NCBI RefSeq assembly: GCF_030144855.1
Contig: NC_082738.1
Span: 6,634,001-6,698,000, forward strand
Reading direction: 5' to 3'
DNA: 64,000 nucleotides
DNA from: Hypanus sabinus
Taxonomy: Eukaryota
The position numbers and the translations under genes were made by a program. How positions within the stretch are numbered: position 1 is the first letter of the stretch; each line of letters opens with the position of its first letter. The notes under the pieces are model-generated. The model saw nothing but the letters and a program-made list of their open reading frames with translations, ran no database searches and was not told the DNA's origin. Below are positions 22,167 through 35,079 of the stretch, in pieces.

Positions 22167-24008
22167 CTATGGTCCCAATACCAAGCCCTGTGGCACCCCA
22201 CTAGTCACCACCTGCCATTCCGAGAAACACCCATTCACCACTACCCTTTGCTTTCTATCTGCCAACCAGTTTTCTATCCATGTCAATATCTTCCCCCCAA
22301 TGCCATGAGCTCTGATTTTACCCACCAATCTCCTATGTGGGACCTTATCAAATGCCTTCTGAAAATCGAGGTACACTACATCCACTGGATCTCCCCCGTC
22401 TAACTTCCTGGTTACATCCTCGAAAAACTCCAACAGATCAGTCAAGCATGATTTACCCTTGGTAAGTCCATGCTGGCTCGGCCCGATCCTATCACTGCTA
22501 TCTAGATATGCCACTATTTCATCTTTAATAATGGACTCTAGCATCTTCCCCACTACTGATGTTAGGCTGACAGGATGATAGTTCTCTGTTTTCTCCCTCC
22601 CTCCTTTCTTAAAAAGTGGGATAACATTAGCCATTCTCCAATCCTCAGGAACTGATCCTGAATCTAAGGAACATTGGAAAATGATTACCAATGCATCTGC
22701 AATTTCCAGGGCCACCTCCTTTAGTACCCTAGGATGCAGACCATCTGGACCTGGGGATTTGTCAGCTTTCAGTCCCATCAGTCTACTCATCACCATTTCC
22801 TTCCTAATGTCAATCTGTTTCATTTCCTCTGTTACCCTATGTCCTTGGCCCATCCATACCTCTGGGAGATTGCTTGTGTCTTCCCTAGTGAAGACAGATC
22901 TGAAGTACTTATTAAATTCTTCTGCCATTTCTCTGTTTCCCATAACAATTTCACCCAATTCATTCTTCAAGGGCCCAACATTGTTCTTAACTATCTTCTT
23001 TCTCTTCACATACCTAAAAAAGCTTTTGCTATCCTTTATATTCCTGGCTAGCTTGTGTTTGTACCTCATTTTTTCTCCCCATATTGCCTTTTTAGTTAAG
23101 TTCCGTTGTTCCTTAAAAATTTCCCAATCATCTGTCCTCCCACTCACCTTAGCTCTGTCATATTTCCTTTTTTTAAATGCTATGCAATCTCTGACTTCCT
23201 TTGTCAACCACTGTAGCCCCTTTCCCCCCTTTGAATCCTTCCTTCTCCGGGGGATGAACTGATTTTGCACCTTGTGCATTATTCCCAAGAATACCTGCCA
23301 TTGCTGTTCCACTATCATTTCTGCTAGAATATCTGTCCAGTTAACTTTGGCCAGCTCCTCCCTCATGGCTCCATAGTTTCCCCTGTTCATCTGCAACACT
23401 GACACCTCCAAGCTGCCCTTATCCTTCTCAAATTGCAGATAAAAACTTATCATATTATGGTCACTACCTCCTAATGGCTCCTTTACTGCAAGATCACTTA
23501 TCAAATCCTGTTCATTACACAAGACTAAATCCAGAATAGCCTTATCCCTGGTCGGCTCTCGTACAAGCTGTTCCAAGAATGCATCCCGTAGGCACTCTAC
23601 AAACTCCCTATCCTGTGGTCCAGCACCAACCTGATTCTCCCAGTTCACCTGGATGTTGAAATCCCCCATAACTACTGCAACATTACCTTTGCCACATGCC
23701 AATGTTAACTCCCTATTCAACTTGCACCCAATATCCATGCTACTGTTTGGGGTCCTGTAGACAACACCCATTAAGGTCTTTTTGCCCTTACTGTCCCTCA
23801 GTTCTATCCACACAGATTCTACTTCTCCTGATCCTATGTCCCCCCTTGCAAAGGATTGAATCTCATTCCTCACCAACAGGGCCACCCCACCCCCTCTGCC
23901 CACATTTCTGTCCCTACAATAGCACGTATACCCTTGTACATTCATTTCCCAGGTCTGATCTCCCTGCAGCCATGTCTCCGTTATCCCAACAACATCATAG
24001 TTATCCAT
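22167..24008 (-). pseudogene. CR1 ORF2 (APE endonuclease + reverse transcriptase), 613-aa open segment
   Basis: [40 protein letters not shown]. Bounded by single in-frame stops; frame continues on both sides (YLNARS upstream, FADDTK downstream). Confidence 0.93.
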
Positions 24009-24499
24009 TCACACCTGAGCTTCAAGCTCATCTGCCTTATTTCTGACACTTCTTGCATTCAGATATAGAATTTGTAACCCATTTCTTCTCTCTCCGTTTA
24101 AATCGCTGCCTATTGTGCTTAACCCAGCTCCCCGAACTCCCATCGGGCTATACGTCCCTAGAATTTTGTTGTCCTTCCTAAATTTACTTATTCTTTCTGC
24201 ACATTTAACTCCATGTTCCGTCAGACCATCCCTCTGTACATGTGCCCTCCTTATCACTTGTTCCGCCCCACCTTTCTCTACTACACACTTAATATTCTGG
24301 AACCGTGTAGTCCCCACCTGTCCTTTATTCATCATCTCACTATCCTCTCTCGCATTCTGGATCCCTGCCCCCTGCAAGTTTAGTTTAAACCCCCCCGAGA
24401 AGCACTAGCAAACTTTCCTGCAAGAATGTTAGTACCGCTCCAGTTCGGGTGTAAACCATCCCGTCGGAACAGATCCCACCTTCCCTGGAACAAAGCCCA

Positions 24500-25319
24500 A
24501 TCATCTAAAAACCTGAAGCCCCCCTCCTGCACCATCCTCTCAGCCACGTATTAATCTGTATAATCTTTCTGTTCCTTGCCTCACTCGCACGTGGCACAGG
24601 TAGCAATCCTGAGATTATTACCCTGGAGGTCCTGCCCTTCAGCTTTGCACCTAACTCCCTGAACTCACTACGCTGGACCCCCTCACTCATCCTACCCATG
24701 TCGTTGGTCCCTACATTGACCACAACATCTGGATTCTTGCCCTCCCTCTCAAGAATAACCTGCACCCGATCTGAGATGTCTCGGACCCTGCACCAGGGAG
24801 GCAACATACCATCCGAGACTCCCGATCTTCCCCACAAAATCTCCTATCCGCCCCCCTGACTATAGAATCCCCTATCACTACCGCTCTCTTCTCTTCCCTC
24901 CTCCCCTTCCTAGTCAAGGGTCCAACCTCAGTGCCAGAGACAGGACCACTGCAACTTGTTCCTGGTAGGTCATCCCCACCAACAGTATCCAAAACAGTAT
25001 ACTTATTGTTGATGGGAACGGCCACAGGGGTGCTCTGCTCTCTCTGTCTGCTCCCCCTGCCTCTTTTGACTGTCACCCATTTGTCTACCTCCTGTCTTTT
25101 CGGTGTGACTACCTCCCGATAACTCTTATCTATCTCTATCTCTGCCTCCCGAATGATCTGTAGTTCATCCAGCTCCTGCTCCAACTCCCTAACTCGGTCT
25201 GATAGGAGCTGCAGCTGGACGCACCTTTTGCAGGTGTGGTCATCAGGGACAACTGTGTTGACCCTGATCTTCCACATACTGCATACGGAGCACACCACTG
25301 CTCTAACTGTCTCCCCCAT
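24500..25319 (-). pseudogene. CR1 ORF1 (zinc finger/leucine zipper + SGNH esterase), frameshifted
   Basis: CSVC...CKRC, coiled coil RVRELEQELDEL, GDSIVRG, VGTND, GLLPVPR. Confidence 0.9.
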
Positions 25320-26707
25320 TACTTGATCCCAGATTAGTCAGAATAGATGAAAAAAGTACCTACCAACCTTACCATTTTTTACCTCAGCAAGCACGTAAGG
25401 CCAGTGATGTTGTGGGGGTGGAACTGGACTCTCTGACGGTGGTGTCTGAAAAGAGGATGCTGTCCAAGTTGCATGCCATCTTGGACAATGTCTCCCATTC
25501 ACTCCATAATGTACTGGTTAGGCACAGGAGTACATTCAGCCAGAGACTCATTCTACCGAGATGTAACACTGAGCGTCATAGGAAGTCATTCCTACCTGTG
25601 GCCATCAAACTTTACAACTCCTCCCTCGGAGTGTCAGACACCCTGAGCCAATAGGCTGGTCCTGGACTTGTTTCTGCTTGGCATGATTAACTTATTATTA
25701 TTTAATTATTTATGGTTTTATATTGCTATATTTCTTCACTATACTTGGTTGGTGCGGCTGTAACGAAACCCAATTTTCCTCGGGATCAATAAAGTATGTC
25801 TGTCTGCTTTTGGACTGTCTAATTAAAATTGCTGATGACACTACACTGATTGGCCTTATCTCAAATAACAGTGAGGCAGCCTACAGAGAAGAAGACATCA
25901 CCCTGACACAGTGGTGTCAAGAAAACAACCTCTCCCTCAGTGTCGCAAAAACAAAGGAGCTGGTTGTGGACTACAGGAGGAATGGAGACAGGCTAACCCC
26001 TATTGACATCAATGGATCTGGGGTTGGGAGGGTGAACAGCTTTAAGTTCCTCAGCATAAGCATCACCAAGGACCTCACTTGGTCTGTACATATCAGCTGT
26101 GTGGTGAAAAAGGCTCAACAGCATCTCTTTCACCTCAAATGGTTGAAGAAGTTTGGTATGGGCCCCCATATCCTAAGTACTTTCAACAGGGATACAACTG
26201 AGAGCATCCTGACTGGCTGCATCACTGCCTGGTGTGGGAACTGTACCTCCCTCAATTACAGGACTCTGCAGAGTGGTGCAGACAGCCCAGTGCATCTGTA
26301 GTTGTGACAGCACATTTACAAGGACAGGTGTGTAAAAAGGGTCTGAAGGATCTCTGGCGGCCCAAGTCACCCCAAACCACAATCTATTCCAGCTGCTACC
26401 AACCGGGAAGCGGTACCACAGCATAAAAGCCAGGACCAACAGGCTCCGGGACAGCTTCTTCCACCAGGCCATCAGACTGCTTAACTCATGCTGATACAAC
26501 AGTATTTCTACGTTATATTGACTGTCCTGTTGTACATACTATTTATTACAAATTACTATAAATTGCACATTGCATATTTAGACAGAGACATAACGTAAAG
26601 ATTTTTACTCCTCATGCATATGAAGGATGTAAGTAATAAAATCAATTAATTCAAGTCAATTCCAATCCTATCTTCTTCTTATCTACATACATGCAAACCC
26701 TTAATGA

Positions 26708-27810
26708 AATCAGAATCAGGTTTAATATCACCAGTGTGAAATTTGTTAACTTTGCAGCAGCAGTACAATGCAAGACATGATAAAGAAACTAAAGAACTGA
26801 ATTTCAGTAAGTATAGATATGTATATTAAGTAATTAAATTAAGATAAGTAGTGCAAAAAGCCCGAAATATTTTAAAAATTAATAAGGTAGTGTTCGTGGG
26901 TTCAATGTCCATTTAGTGACTGGATGGCAGAGAGGAAGAAGCTGTTCCTGAATCACAGAGCGTGTGCCTTCTGGATTTTGTACCTCCTACCTGGTGGTAA
27001 CAATGAGAAGAGGGCATGCCCTGGGTGTTGGAGGTTGATGGAAACAGCTTTTGATGGAAGCTGCTTTTCTGAGGCACTGCTCCTTCAAGATGTCTTGGCT
27101 ACTACGGAGGCTAGTACCTATGATGGAGTTGACTAAGTTTACAATTCCCTGCAGCTTGCTATGATCCTGTGCAGTAGCTTCCTCCCCCTCCCCCCCAACA
27201 CCAGTTGGTGATGCAAACAGTCAGAAAGCTCTTCCACGATACATCTGTAGAAGTTAAGAGTGTTTTAGGGGATAAACCAAACTCAGAATCAGGTATAGCA
27301 TCACTGGCATACTGCATGTCATGAAATTTGTTAACTTAGAGGCAACAGTATAATGCAATACATGATAAAAATAGAAAAAATAAATAGGGAAATGAATTAC
27401 AGTAAATAAATGTGTGTGTTACATAGTTAAAATAAGGATAGTAGTGCAAAGAACAGAAATGAAAAGAAGTGAGTTAGTGTTCATGTAGGGTTCAATGCCC
27501 ATTCAGAAATTGGATGGCAGAGGGGAAGAAACTGTTCCTGAATTGCTGAGTGTGCATTGAAATAAACTCCTGATGAGATATTGTCGTTGTCTTGTTTTTA
27601 TAGTAGCATCAATATATTGCATCCAGGTTAGGTCCTCAGAGATATTGACACCCAGGAACTTGAAATTGCTCACTCTCTCCACATCTGATCCCTCTCTGAG
27701 GACTGGTGTGTGTTTTCCCTTATTTTGCCCTTTCTGAAATCCACAATCAGATCCTTTGGTCTTACTGATATTGAGTGCAAGGTTGTTGCTACAACACCAC
27801 TCCACTAGTA
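26708..27810 (-). mobile_element. Two tandem Rex1-like 3' fragments (26708-27282 and 27283-27810)
   Basis: Each begins with an (A/C)TCAGAATCAGGT tail; minus ORF 27503-27805 has WCCSNNLALNISKTK...FKFLGVNISEDLTW. Confidence 0.8.
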
Positions 27811-28229
27811 GGTTTAGTTTCCACTGACAATATAGACATATTTATCTACCATCTTCCTTGATCCATCCTCTATTTCTCTATTATGATAGGAGATATGACT
27901 TACATCCAAATTTGAATGGATCATATTTCCTTCCAGCAAACATTGGGAATATCAAAGGCCTTGACTCCAGCTTTTCTGCAGTCTCTGCACCAGAATTAGC
28001 TTCTTTACATTCATTGTCTTAAGTTGAGGCAAAGTGATAACTAATATGTCCTCCTATCTGATGTGAAGCATCTAAATCCAAAATCCCTCTTTCAAACCAA
28101 CAAGTTTTACCTCCATAATCTCACTTGCCTTACACATACCAATATATCTGCTGTATTGAGTGTCTTTGAGATCCCCCAGATACATGTTCTGTGTAGCTGA
28201 TTTCAGTCAGTCACAACCATATGCAACTA

Positions 28230-28480
28230 CAAAAGACAAACCATCAGCTACATATTTCCTTCCAGTTCACGTTCCATTCTGACTTGGAAATACAACACTG
28301 TTCATCTGTCACTGCTGAGTCTAAACTTTGGTACTCCGTCCTCAACAGCGTTGTGGGAACACCAAACCAGAACTGCAGTGGTTTAAGAAAATGGTTCATC
28401 ATTACCAACTCAAGGACAATTGGGGCTGGGCAATAAATATTGGCCTTGGCAACATCTACATTCCAGAGAATGAAAAAAAA
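28230..28480 (+). mobile_element. Old CR1/L2-group LINE 3' end; related fragments at ~5670-5900 and ~31500-31760
   Basis: CTGACTTGGAAAT...ACTGCAGTGGTTTAAGAA...GGGCAATAAAT...GGCCTTG tail ending in AATGAAAAAAAA. Confidence 0.55.
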
Positions 28481-30031
28481 ACCTCATTTAAAACATAAAT
28501 ATGCAGACCCTTACATCATTTAGTTAGTCAACAATAACCCTTGTGATTGTTCCAGTTTTCCATCAATTTCTGTGTCCTTAACATCTACCAGTCTTAGTCT
28601 TGAAAATACTCAGTGGCAGAGCATTTGCAATCTTCTATTCATGAATTTGAAACACTTGTAATCCTTGAGTAAGTAAATTTCTCCGTATCTCATTTATAAA
28701 CAGCTAACTCCTTATCCTACAATAATACACGCCCACTCCCCAATTTCTTGACACCGCCCCCACCCCAAATGGAGGACACAGTTGAATCTGACAAGTACCA
28801 TAGAAAATTCCATTCAACAATCGATACCCTGTCCCTCCTGCATCCTCTGAACTTGGGGTGAACTTATTTGACAAATTATTGTGAAACTTCACCTGTTGAT
28901 GCATCTTTTACACAACTTAAGGTTGTAATATTCGTGTGCACTTTGGGGTTACTGCTTAAGGAGGAAAATAATAAACATCCATTATTCTAGGCAGTCGAAC
29001 CCTAACTAACACCAGTGACTGGTATAATATACCAAAAGTCAGATCACAAGGTAGACTCACCTTTATACGGATAAACTACTCTTGCTTCCACTTAAAAGAA
29101 TAACACACACACAAAGTATGAAGTATGTCCATGCATGCAATATATAATCAGATAATTATCTAAATATATTAAATTATAAATTCTATGAATTATTTACAAA
29201 GATAGAAATCTAACTAAACAAGTATTATAGAAACATAGACATTATCTATTTGATACCCTTCTTAACTGCAAATTCTTCATGCATGAGCCTCATCTAATTT
29301 TTTCACATTATCAATTCCAGATCAATCTATCAATAGATCATATCTTTAGACAAGTCTCCTTGCTGATCTAATCTTGATATAATATTAATTGTGATAACTA
29401 CATTGAATTTTACATTTTCTGAATATCAATTGTGAGCTTTAAGCTGAATGCAGGCCAATAACACCAATAACACCTATTACCTCTTGCAGAGGATACAACT
29501 GTACATTGTGTTTGGTGTGGTCTGAGATACCATGCACTTCATTTGGTTGTTTTTTTTTAAGACTATGTATGCTTGTGCATCCTTCCACTCTATGTCACTT
29601 CCTAACTTCCACTCTGACTTTCGGTGAGCATTGCACCAGTCAACCTTCCTATGGACCCTTTTGAAGTTATGAAGTAATTTCCTCTCATTTTTTCCTTTCT
29701 AGTCTATTCCAACAATTACACCATATTGTTGTGCTCTCTCTTTGCTGCTTGTGTTGACATTCTGAAGTCTATGTTTACTGTGAACTCTCTGAGGATCTTT
29801 GGAGCTGCCTCCAAATCACAACGCAGTCCTCTCTTAAATAACCCACTTGACACAGGCTATTCAGTAACTCAATGACAATATAAAGGTTGGTAGCTATTTC
29901 AAACAAACTGGCAGAGGAGATGATGGAGGTGGATATTATTACAATTTTTAAAAAACTTTTGGACAGGTACACGGAGAAGAAAGGTTTAGAGGGCTATAGA
30001 CCAAATGCAGGCAAATGGGATTTACTTAGGT

Positions 30032-30111
30032 CAGCGGTTCCCAACCATTTTTATGCCATGGACCCTGAACATTAACCGAGGGGTCTGAGGACCCCAGGTT
30101 GGAAACCCCTT
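30032..30111. mobile_element. hAT-like MITE inserted in a CR1 3' end (29900-30150)
   Basis: TIRs CAGCGGTTCCCAACC / GGTTGGAAACCCCTT; 8-bp TSD ACTTAGGT/ATTTAGAT (6/8 match). Confidence 0.7.
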
Positions 30112-31769
30112 ATTTAGATGGACATCTTAGTCAGTGGGGACATGTTGCTCTATGGAGACATATGTACTTTGATATTAAATTTTATTTGAACTTTGAACGT
30201 AGAGATTGAGCCTTTCACCAGAACATGCACAGTCTCACCTTTAGCAGCACAATATTAATGCCAGACGTAATTGAAATAACCTCAGTGTAACACCTTCTGC
30301 TAAGTAATTTGTCTTCCACTTTCCATGTCGACTCTCATAATGATAAAGCTGTTATCCAGAAATTCATGTGAATTTGTTCCGTCATACTATCTAAACAGAT
30401 AATAGACTCTTCCTCTAAACTGCTTGCTATTATGTATTGCAAATATTCACATTGAATGCATAATGCTAAAATTACTGTTGTAAAATACTCTGCTCTCATA
30501 ATGGACTGTCTTCTGAGACATCCCATCCTGCTCAAATTCTTTGATCTTATTATTATTATTATTATCTTTCTCTGCTGGTCTGTTTCATAATATCATTGTT
30601 GCCCCACGAATATTTTAGCAATGGACGTTTTATGTCCAAGACTGCTTCCAAGAAAAATAACTAGATCATTGCAACAGTCAATACTTAACATCTTGGCTTT
30701 TGAAGAATATTGTTTTCTTTATATCACAGGAGTTGTACTCTGTGTTACATTATGAACTTGCATTACCAATTCTGGAAATAGCATGTTTTCATTCTCTGCC
30801 ATGGGGTTCACAACAGCCCTTGACTTCATATCTTTCTCAACTTTTTCTCACTCTTATCAGAGACAACTTTAACATGAATTATGCCAAATTCTGGCTTACC
30901 TCCTCCCTCATACATCTTGAGTTTAGCTGCTAAATTTCTATTTTAGTCCAAGCTTCAGATTCCTCATTAGATAGACTATCACTGAATTCACCTGTAACAG
31001 TGTTAGTGAGTCATCATCTGTGCCTTAATTGCCATTATTGCCTCTTGGAGCGAGATGCCCACCTTTACCATATTCTCACCCTAGATCATCCTTACTCTTA
31101 CAATTCCAGTATGGTAGCTACAACTTTCTCCTTCCAAGTGACCTGTTCATGGGAGCTGTGTACTTAGTGGCACCCCAAAAGCTCAATTGACCAGTAGTCT
31201 ATTTTGGGCCGGGCCAATGCATCCAGATTCATTATTGGTTCTAGGTTACTTTGCTGCCCAAATTATTGGAGTTTTTTAAGGATAAGGGTCAGAGCAGGTT
31301 CAGCTATGAGGTTGCACATTGTTAAAAAGCTCTCGATTATTGATATCTAGAATGTGGCATGAAAAAATTCCATTAAAAGAAAGACCCCTACTGTTGATGA
31401 GGAGAATTTAACTATTCTTTCCTTTCATATTCAACATTACTATCAAAACACTGACTAATACCAATTAGTTCAGCCACAAACTTCATGGGTCAGAGAGTGC
31501 ATATCCTGTGGTGAATGACTCACCTCCTGATACCAAAAAGTCTTTCCAGGACACTAAAAGGTAGCATTATGATGGAACATTCTCCACTTGCCTGGATGGG
31601 TGCAGCTCCAACAACACTCAGGAAACTCAACACAAACCAGATCACTCGACTCACAATCTGAAACTTCATCCCGCTAACTTCAGCACACTGTGACTGACTA
31701 TGGTGTGTACCAACTATGAAATGCACTCTCTAGGCTTCTTTACTAGCACCTTCTAAACTTTTGACCCCT

Positions 31770-32140
31770 TATACAGTGAGAGAGGCAAAACTGGATAAGA
31801 GCCAGTAACATCATGAAGGATCCCACCCACCCTGCTCATGGACTGCTTGTCCCACTCTCATCAGCGAGGAGGCCACGTCACATCCACGCCAGAACCACCA
31901 GACGCAAAACAGTTACTTTCCCCAAGCAGTGAGGCTGATCAACACCTCCACCCACTAACCCCACCACTATTTTTTATTATTTTTCATCATTCACTTTATG
32001 TGGAGTCTGTTGTCACTTTATGAACATACAATCAACTCGTGTATATCAGTTATCTTGTGTATTTATACTTATTGTACTTATTATTATTATTGTTATTATC
32101 ATTATTGTGTTCTTTATCTTTTGTGTATTTTTGTGCTGCA
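31770..32140 (+). mobile_element. Rex1-like 3' fragment
   Basis: Near-identical to 39700-40070 (GCCAGTAACATCATGAAGGATCCCACCCACCC...). Confidence 0.8.
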
Positions 32141-35079
32141 GAGTTAATATTTCAGGAAAAAGACCCTTCTTTAGAACAAGGAAACAGGTATTAGCCTAGA
32201 TTATTCAGCCTTATAAGATTACACGTTCCGTCTTCAGTCTCGTAAGCCTTCTCTGAAATGCTTCATATGCATTAATGTCTTTCTTAAGTACTATAACCAA
32301 GAGATCGTTGAACTCTGGCACAGGTAATTTCCATTGCCAGATGAATTGAATGCAAAACTTCTGATTCAATGCGTCTGGCAATGGAATATTACATTGTATA
32401 GGCTTGTGTAATTAATTATTGTACCTGTGCACTAGCCTTTCCATTTCATGCACTGGGTCACCCAGAACCCCCTGTATCCCAGAGTTCAACACTCTCTCAC
32501 CATTTAGAGAATATGCTTTTTTTCTCTCTGCCAAAATGGTCAATTAACAATTTCCTATATCATGCATAATTTGCCATATCCATGTCTAACTATTCATATT
32601 CTTTTCTAGCCTCCCTAAGCTCTTCATAGTTTATTTTCAAAGTTATCTTTGTACATCAGCAAATTTAGTTACTGTACTACCAGTGCTGAGATCTAAACCA
32701 TTTAAGTCAAATGATAATGTAGATTGAATGAGAATGGAATGTTGGTTTGATAGTAACTTCTAAATAATGTTAATATATTAAAATAAGATGTTTCTTCATT
32801 GTAAGTAGTTTCACAACAGGGAATACTTTATAGTATTTTGAAAGATAAAAGCTCAAAAAACACACTGACTAAGCTAGCTGCTTAATAAGAATTCTTGCTA
32901 CAGATACTTATAATCTGTTTGGAACATGCGCAGTATAATTATTGATTCTAACTGGCCTTCTGCAAGTTCCAATCCTTTACTTAATAATTTACATTTTATT
33001 TCTACTTTTCCACAAATACTGTGGAGTGCCTGAGTTCTGTTGTTGAAAGGGTTAAATGTCATGGCTGTTCTTGTGCCTGGTGATTAGATCTGACTTGCTC
33101 AGACACGGGGATGAGGGGAGCAGGCAGGGGGTAGGAGCTCAGCTGGATTCCAATAAACCTCTCCTTTTCTCCTAATGACACTGACGGATGTACCACCCTC
33201 AGTGTTCTTCACACTGGACCTGGTATTGGCAAGATCTTCATAAAAGCAAGATTAATGGTTAAAATGGGTCTTCGGGAGACTAATCCCAGCAGATTGCATG
33301 TCTGGGACTATTCACGTCAAACTGCTGGGCAGATATCAGTTATTCTGCCCATGAAAGGGGGAATGGAATAGACTGACAGCTACTGACAGAAGGGTCAGAG
33401 TTTCAAACCTCCGTGACTGTTGAAGGATGTTAGACAGAAAATAAAAGTGGGATGAGAGTCTAGTTTGATTACAGATACCCTGTTGTCAGGGTCCATTTTA
33501 GTATAAGAAAGCAGCTTGAAGACGATGAATCCGATTCGATTTGGCTTGCGAGCTTGAATGACACTCTGTTTCCTGGTTATTGTCTGTGACTTTGTGTCGT
33601 ATCTACAGACACTGGGGAAAACACTGATGGTTTTATAACAGCCTTACCTCCGTCGAGTGCTTCTTTAAACCAATCGGACTGAATAACTGTCTAAATTATT
33701 CTCCACTGTCCGACTCTTTGATCTATCAGACTATCAGAAAGGGCTCGGGGTCTGCGGGTGACCTGACAAGCAGTGAGGATGAGATAGGAGAAGGTAATAA
33801 CCAATGTATTCAGCTCTAAAGGTGGTGAGAACTCTGTAAAATGTCTAGCTCTGAAAAGCACCTAATTATTATTGACCCTGACTTAACCCAATTAATAGCT
33901 TTAACCTATACCTAATATTGGAGCCAAAATTTTAGAACAGCCATTTGTGTCATTGTAAAGTGTTTTATTTAGTATTTAACAACAAAAGCTCCCTTCAATA
34001 CCAAAGCTACTTTTTTGCCAAATAAAGTAGTTTTTAACATGTTTAAATTCTTACCATCATGTGTTCCTCACTGGTATCAACCTCTGTCATCTTGGACGCT
34101 ACCTTCCCAGGATACCACCTGAGGTCACCACCAGTCATGGTCCCACCACATCTCCAAACCAGGAACTACAGCTGCACAGGATATGGCAGGTTCCAATACT
34201 TGTCCTTTTATCCCCTATAATTGGAGTTTTATATCTGTTGCCAACTCCTGGTTAAGACCTACAGAAGGTCATCATTCAATGGCATGCTGAGAGTCACAAT
34301 GAGAAAGGAGACAGTGATAAACAGTGCAGATAGTGGGAACGTGCAGACCAATGGACTGGATAATGTTGGCCGATGCCATGCCAAGGTAATGCATTAAACA
34401 CTGAAGAGATGTGGCTGCTTGTTCTGTCCACTGTGACTGGCACAGGAAGAGTTGTTCGCAATTCCCTCATGTGTGGAGTATAAAATCTGCTACGGTTGTA
34501 GCTTGAACAAAAGCTATACTTTTATACTCTTTATATACTCTATATATAACTTTATAACAAAAGTATATATTTTATACTCTTGAAAATTGTTCAAAAGTGC
34601 CAGTACAGATAATTCAGAATTTATGCAAAATTACACAGGAATATCAAACATGTCAATAGACTATGGAGCTCAACTGCTCCATGCTAATCCTTTATTCAAC
34701 CTGAGTTTGCTCTCATCCCACCTTATATAACATTATCAACTTATCCTCTTGCCTATTAATCAACATTTGACCTCTAGGCTGTCGCACTATTTGTTGTTAT
34801 CTAGGCTCAAACTGAATTTTATGAAGGCCACACTACAGACATAAAAGTCACTTAAGATGATGGAGAATAACCCTGTGCTTGAAGAGAGAAGGTATAGTGA
34901 ATTAGAATCTTCACATCATCTTCTCTGAGAAACTATTTCTCATTAACCCCCTTTTAGTCCCTTAATGCTAACTTCATACGAATGCCCTTTGGTTACTAAC
35001 CTTTCTGCCAAGATCCTTTCTTCAAATGAATTACAGTTCCTCATAAGTTTAAATACCTTAGTTATACCTCCCCTTAATG

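Larger units (their letters stand above)
19974..25393 (-). mobile_element. CR1 LINE, near full length and young, nested in LINE B
   Basis: ORF1 25319-~24500 and ORF2 ~24377-20056; CTATTGTCTATT 3' tail at 19974-19985. Confidence 0.95.
19616..25810 (+). mobile_element. Rex1-like LINE B nested in A (pieces 19616-19973 and 25394-25810)
   Basis: NHLQLNVKKTKELVVD start. Sequence rejoins as AACAAACTCATTC|GTAAGGCCAGTGAT (NKLIRKASD). Ends AATAAAGTATGTCTGTCTG. Confidence 0.85.
19030..26665 (+). mobile_element. Rex1-like LINE A (outer element of the nest; pieces 19030-19618 and 25819-26665)
   Basis: RT motifs [37 protein letters not shown] on the left; continues LIKIADDTTLIGLI...KTKELVVDY on the right; (AATTC)n-like tail at ~26640-26662. 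Confidence 0.85.

Noticed and set aside
22681-23262. 193-aa plus-strand ORF, and similar ORFs at 43622-44236, 15302-15682 and 20942-21394
   Set aside because: Antisense shadows of TE coding sequence with no independent protein features.
12790-25393. Two oppositely oriented CR1s as a long dsRNA or recombination substrate
   Set aside because: They are clearly different subfamilies with divergent nucleotide sequence, and nothing indicates co-transcription.
33628-33819. Plus-strand open frame ending GSGSAGDLTSSEDEIGE
   Set aside because: No ATG, weaker splice sites than the minus-strand reading, and no recognisable homology.
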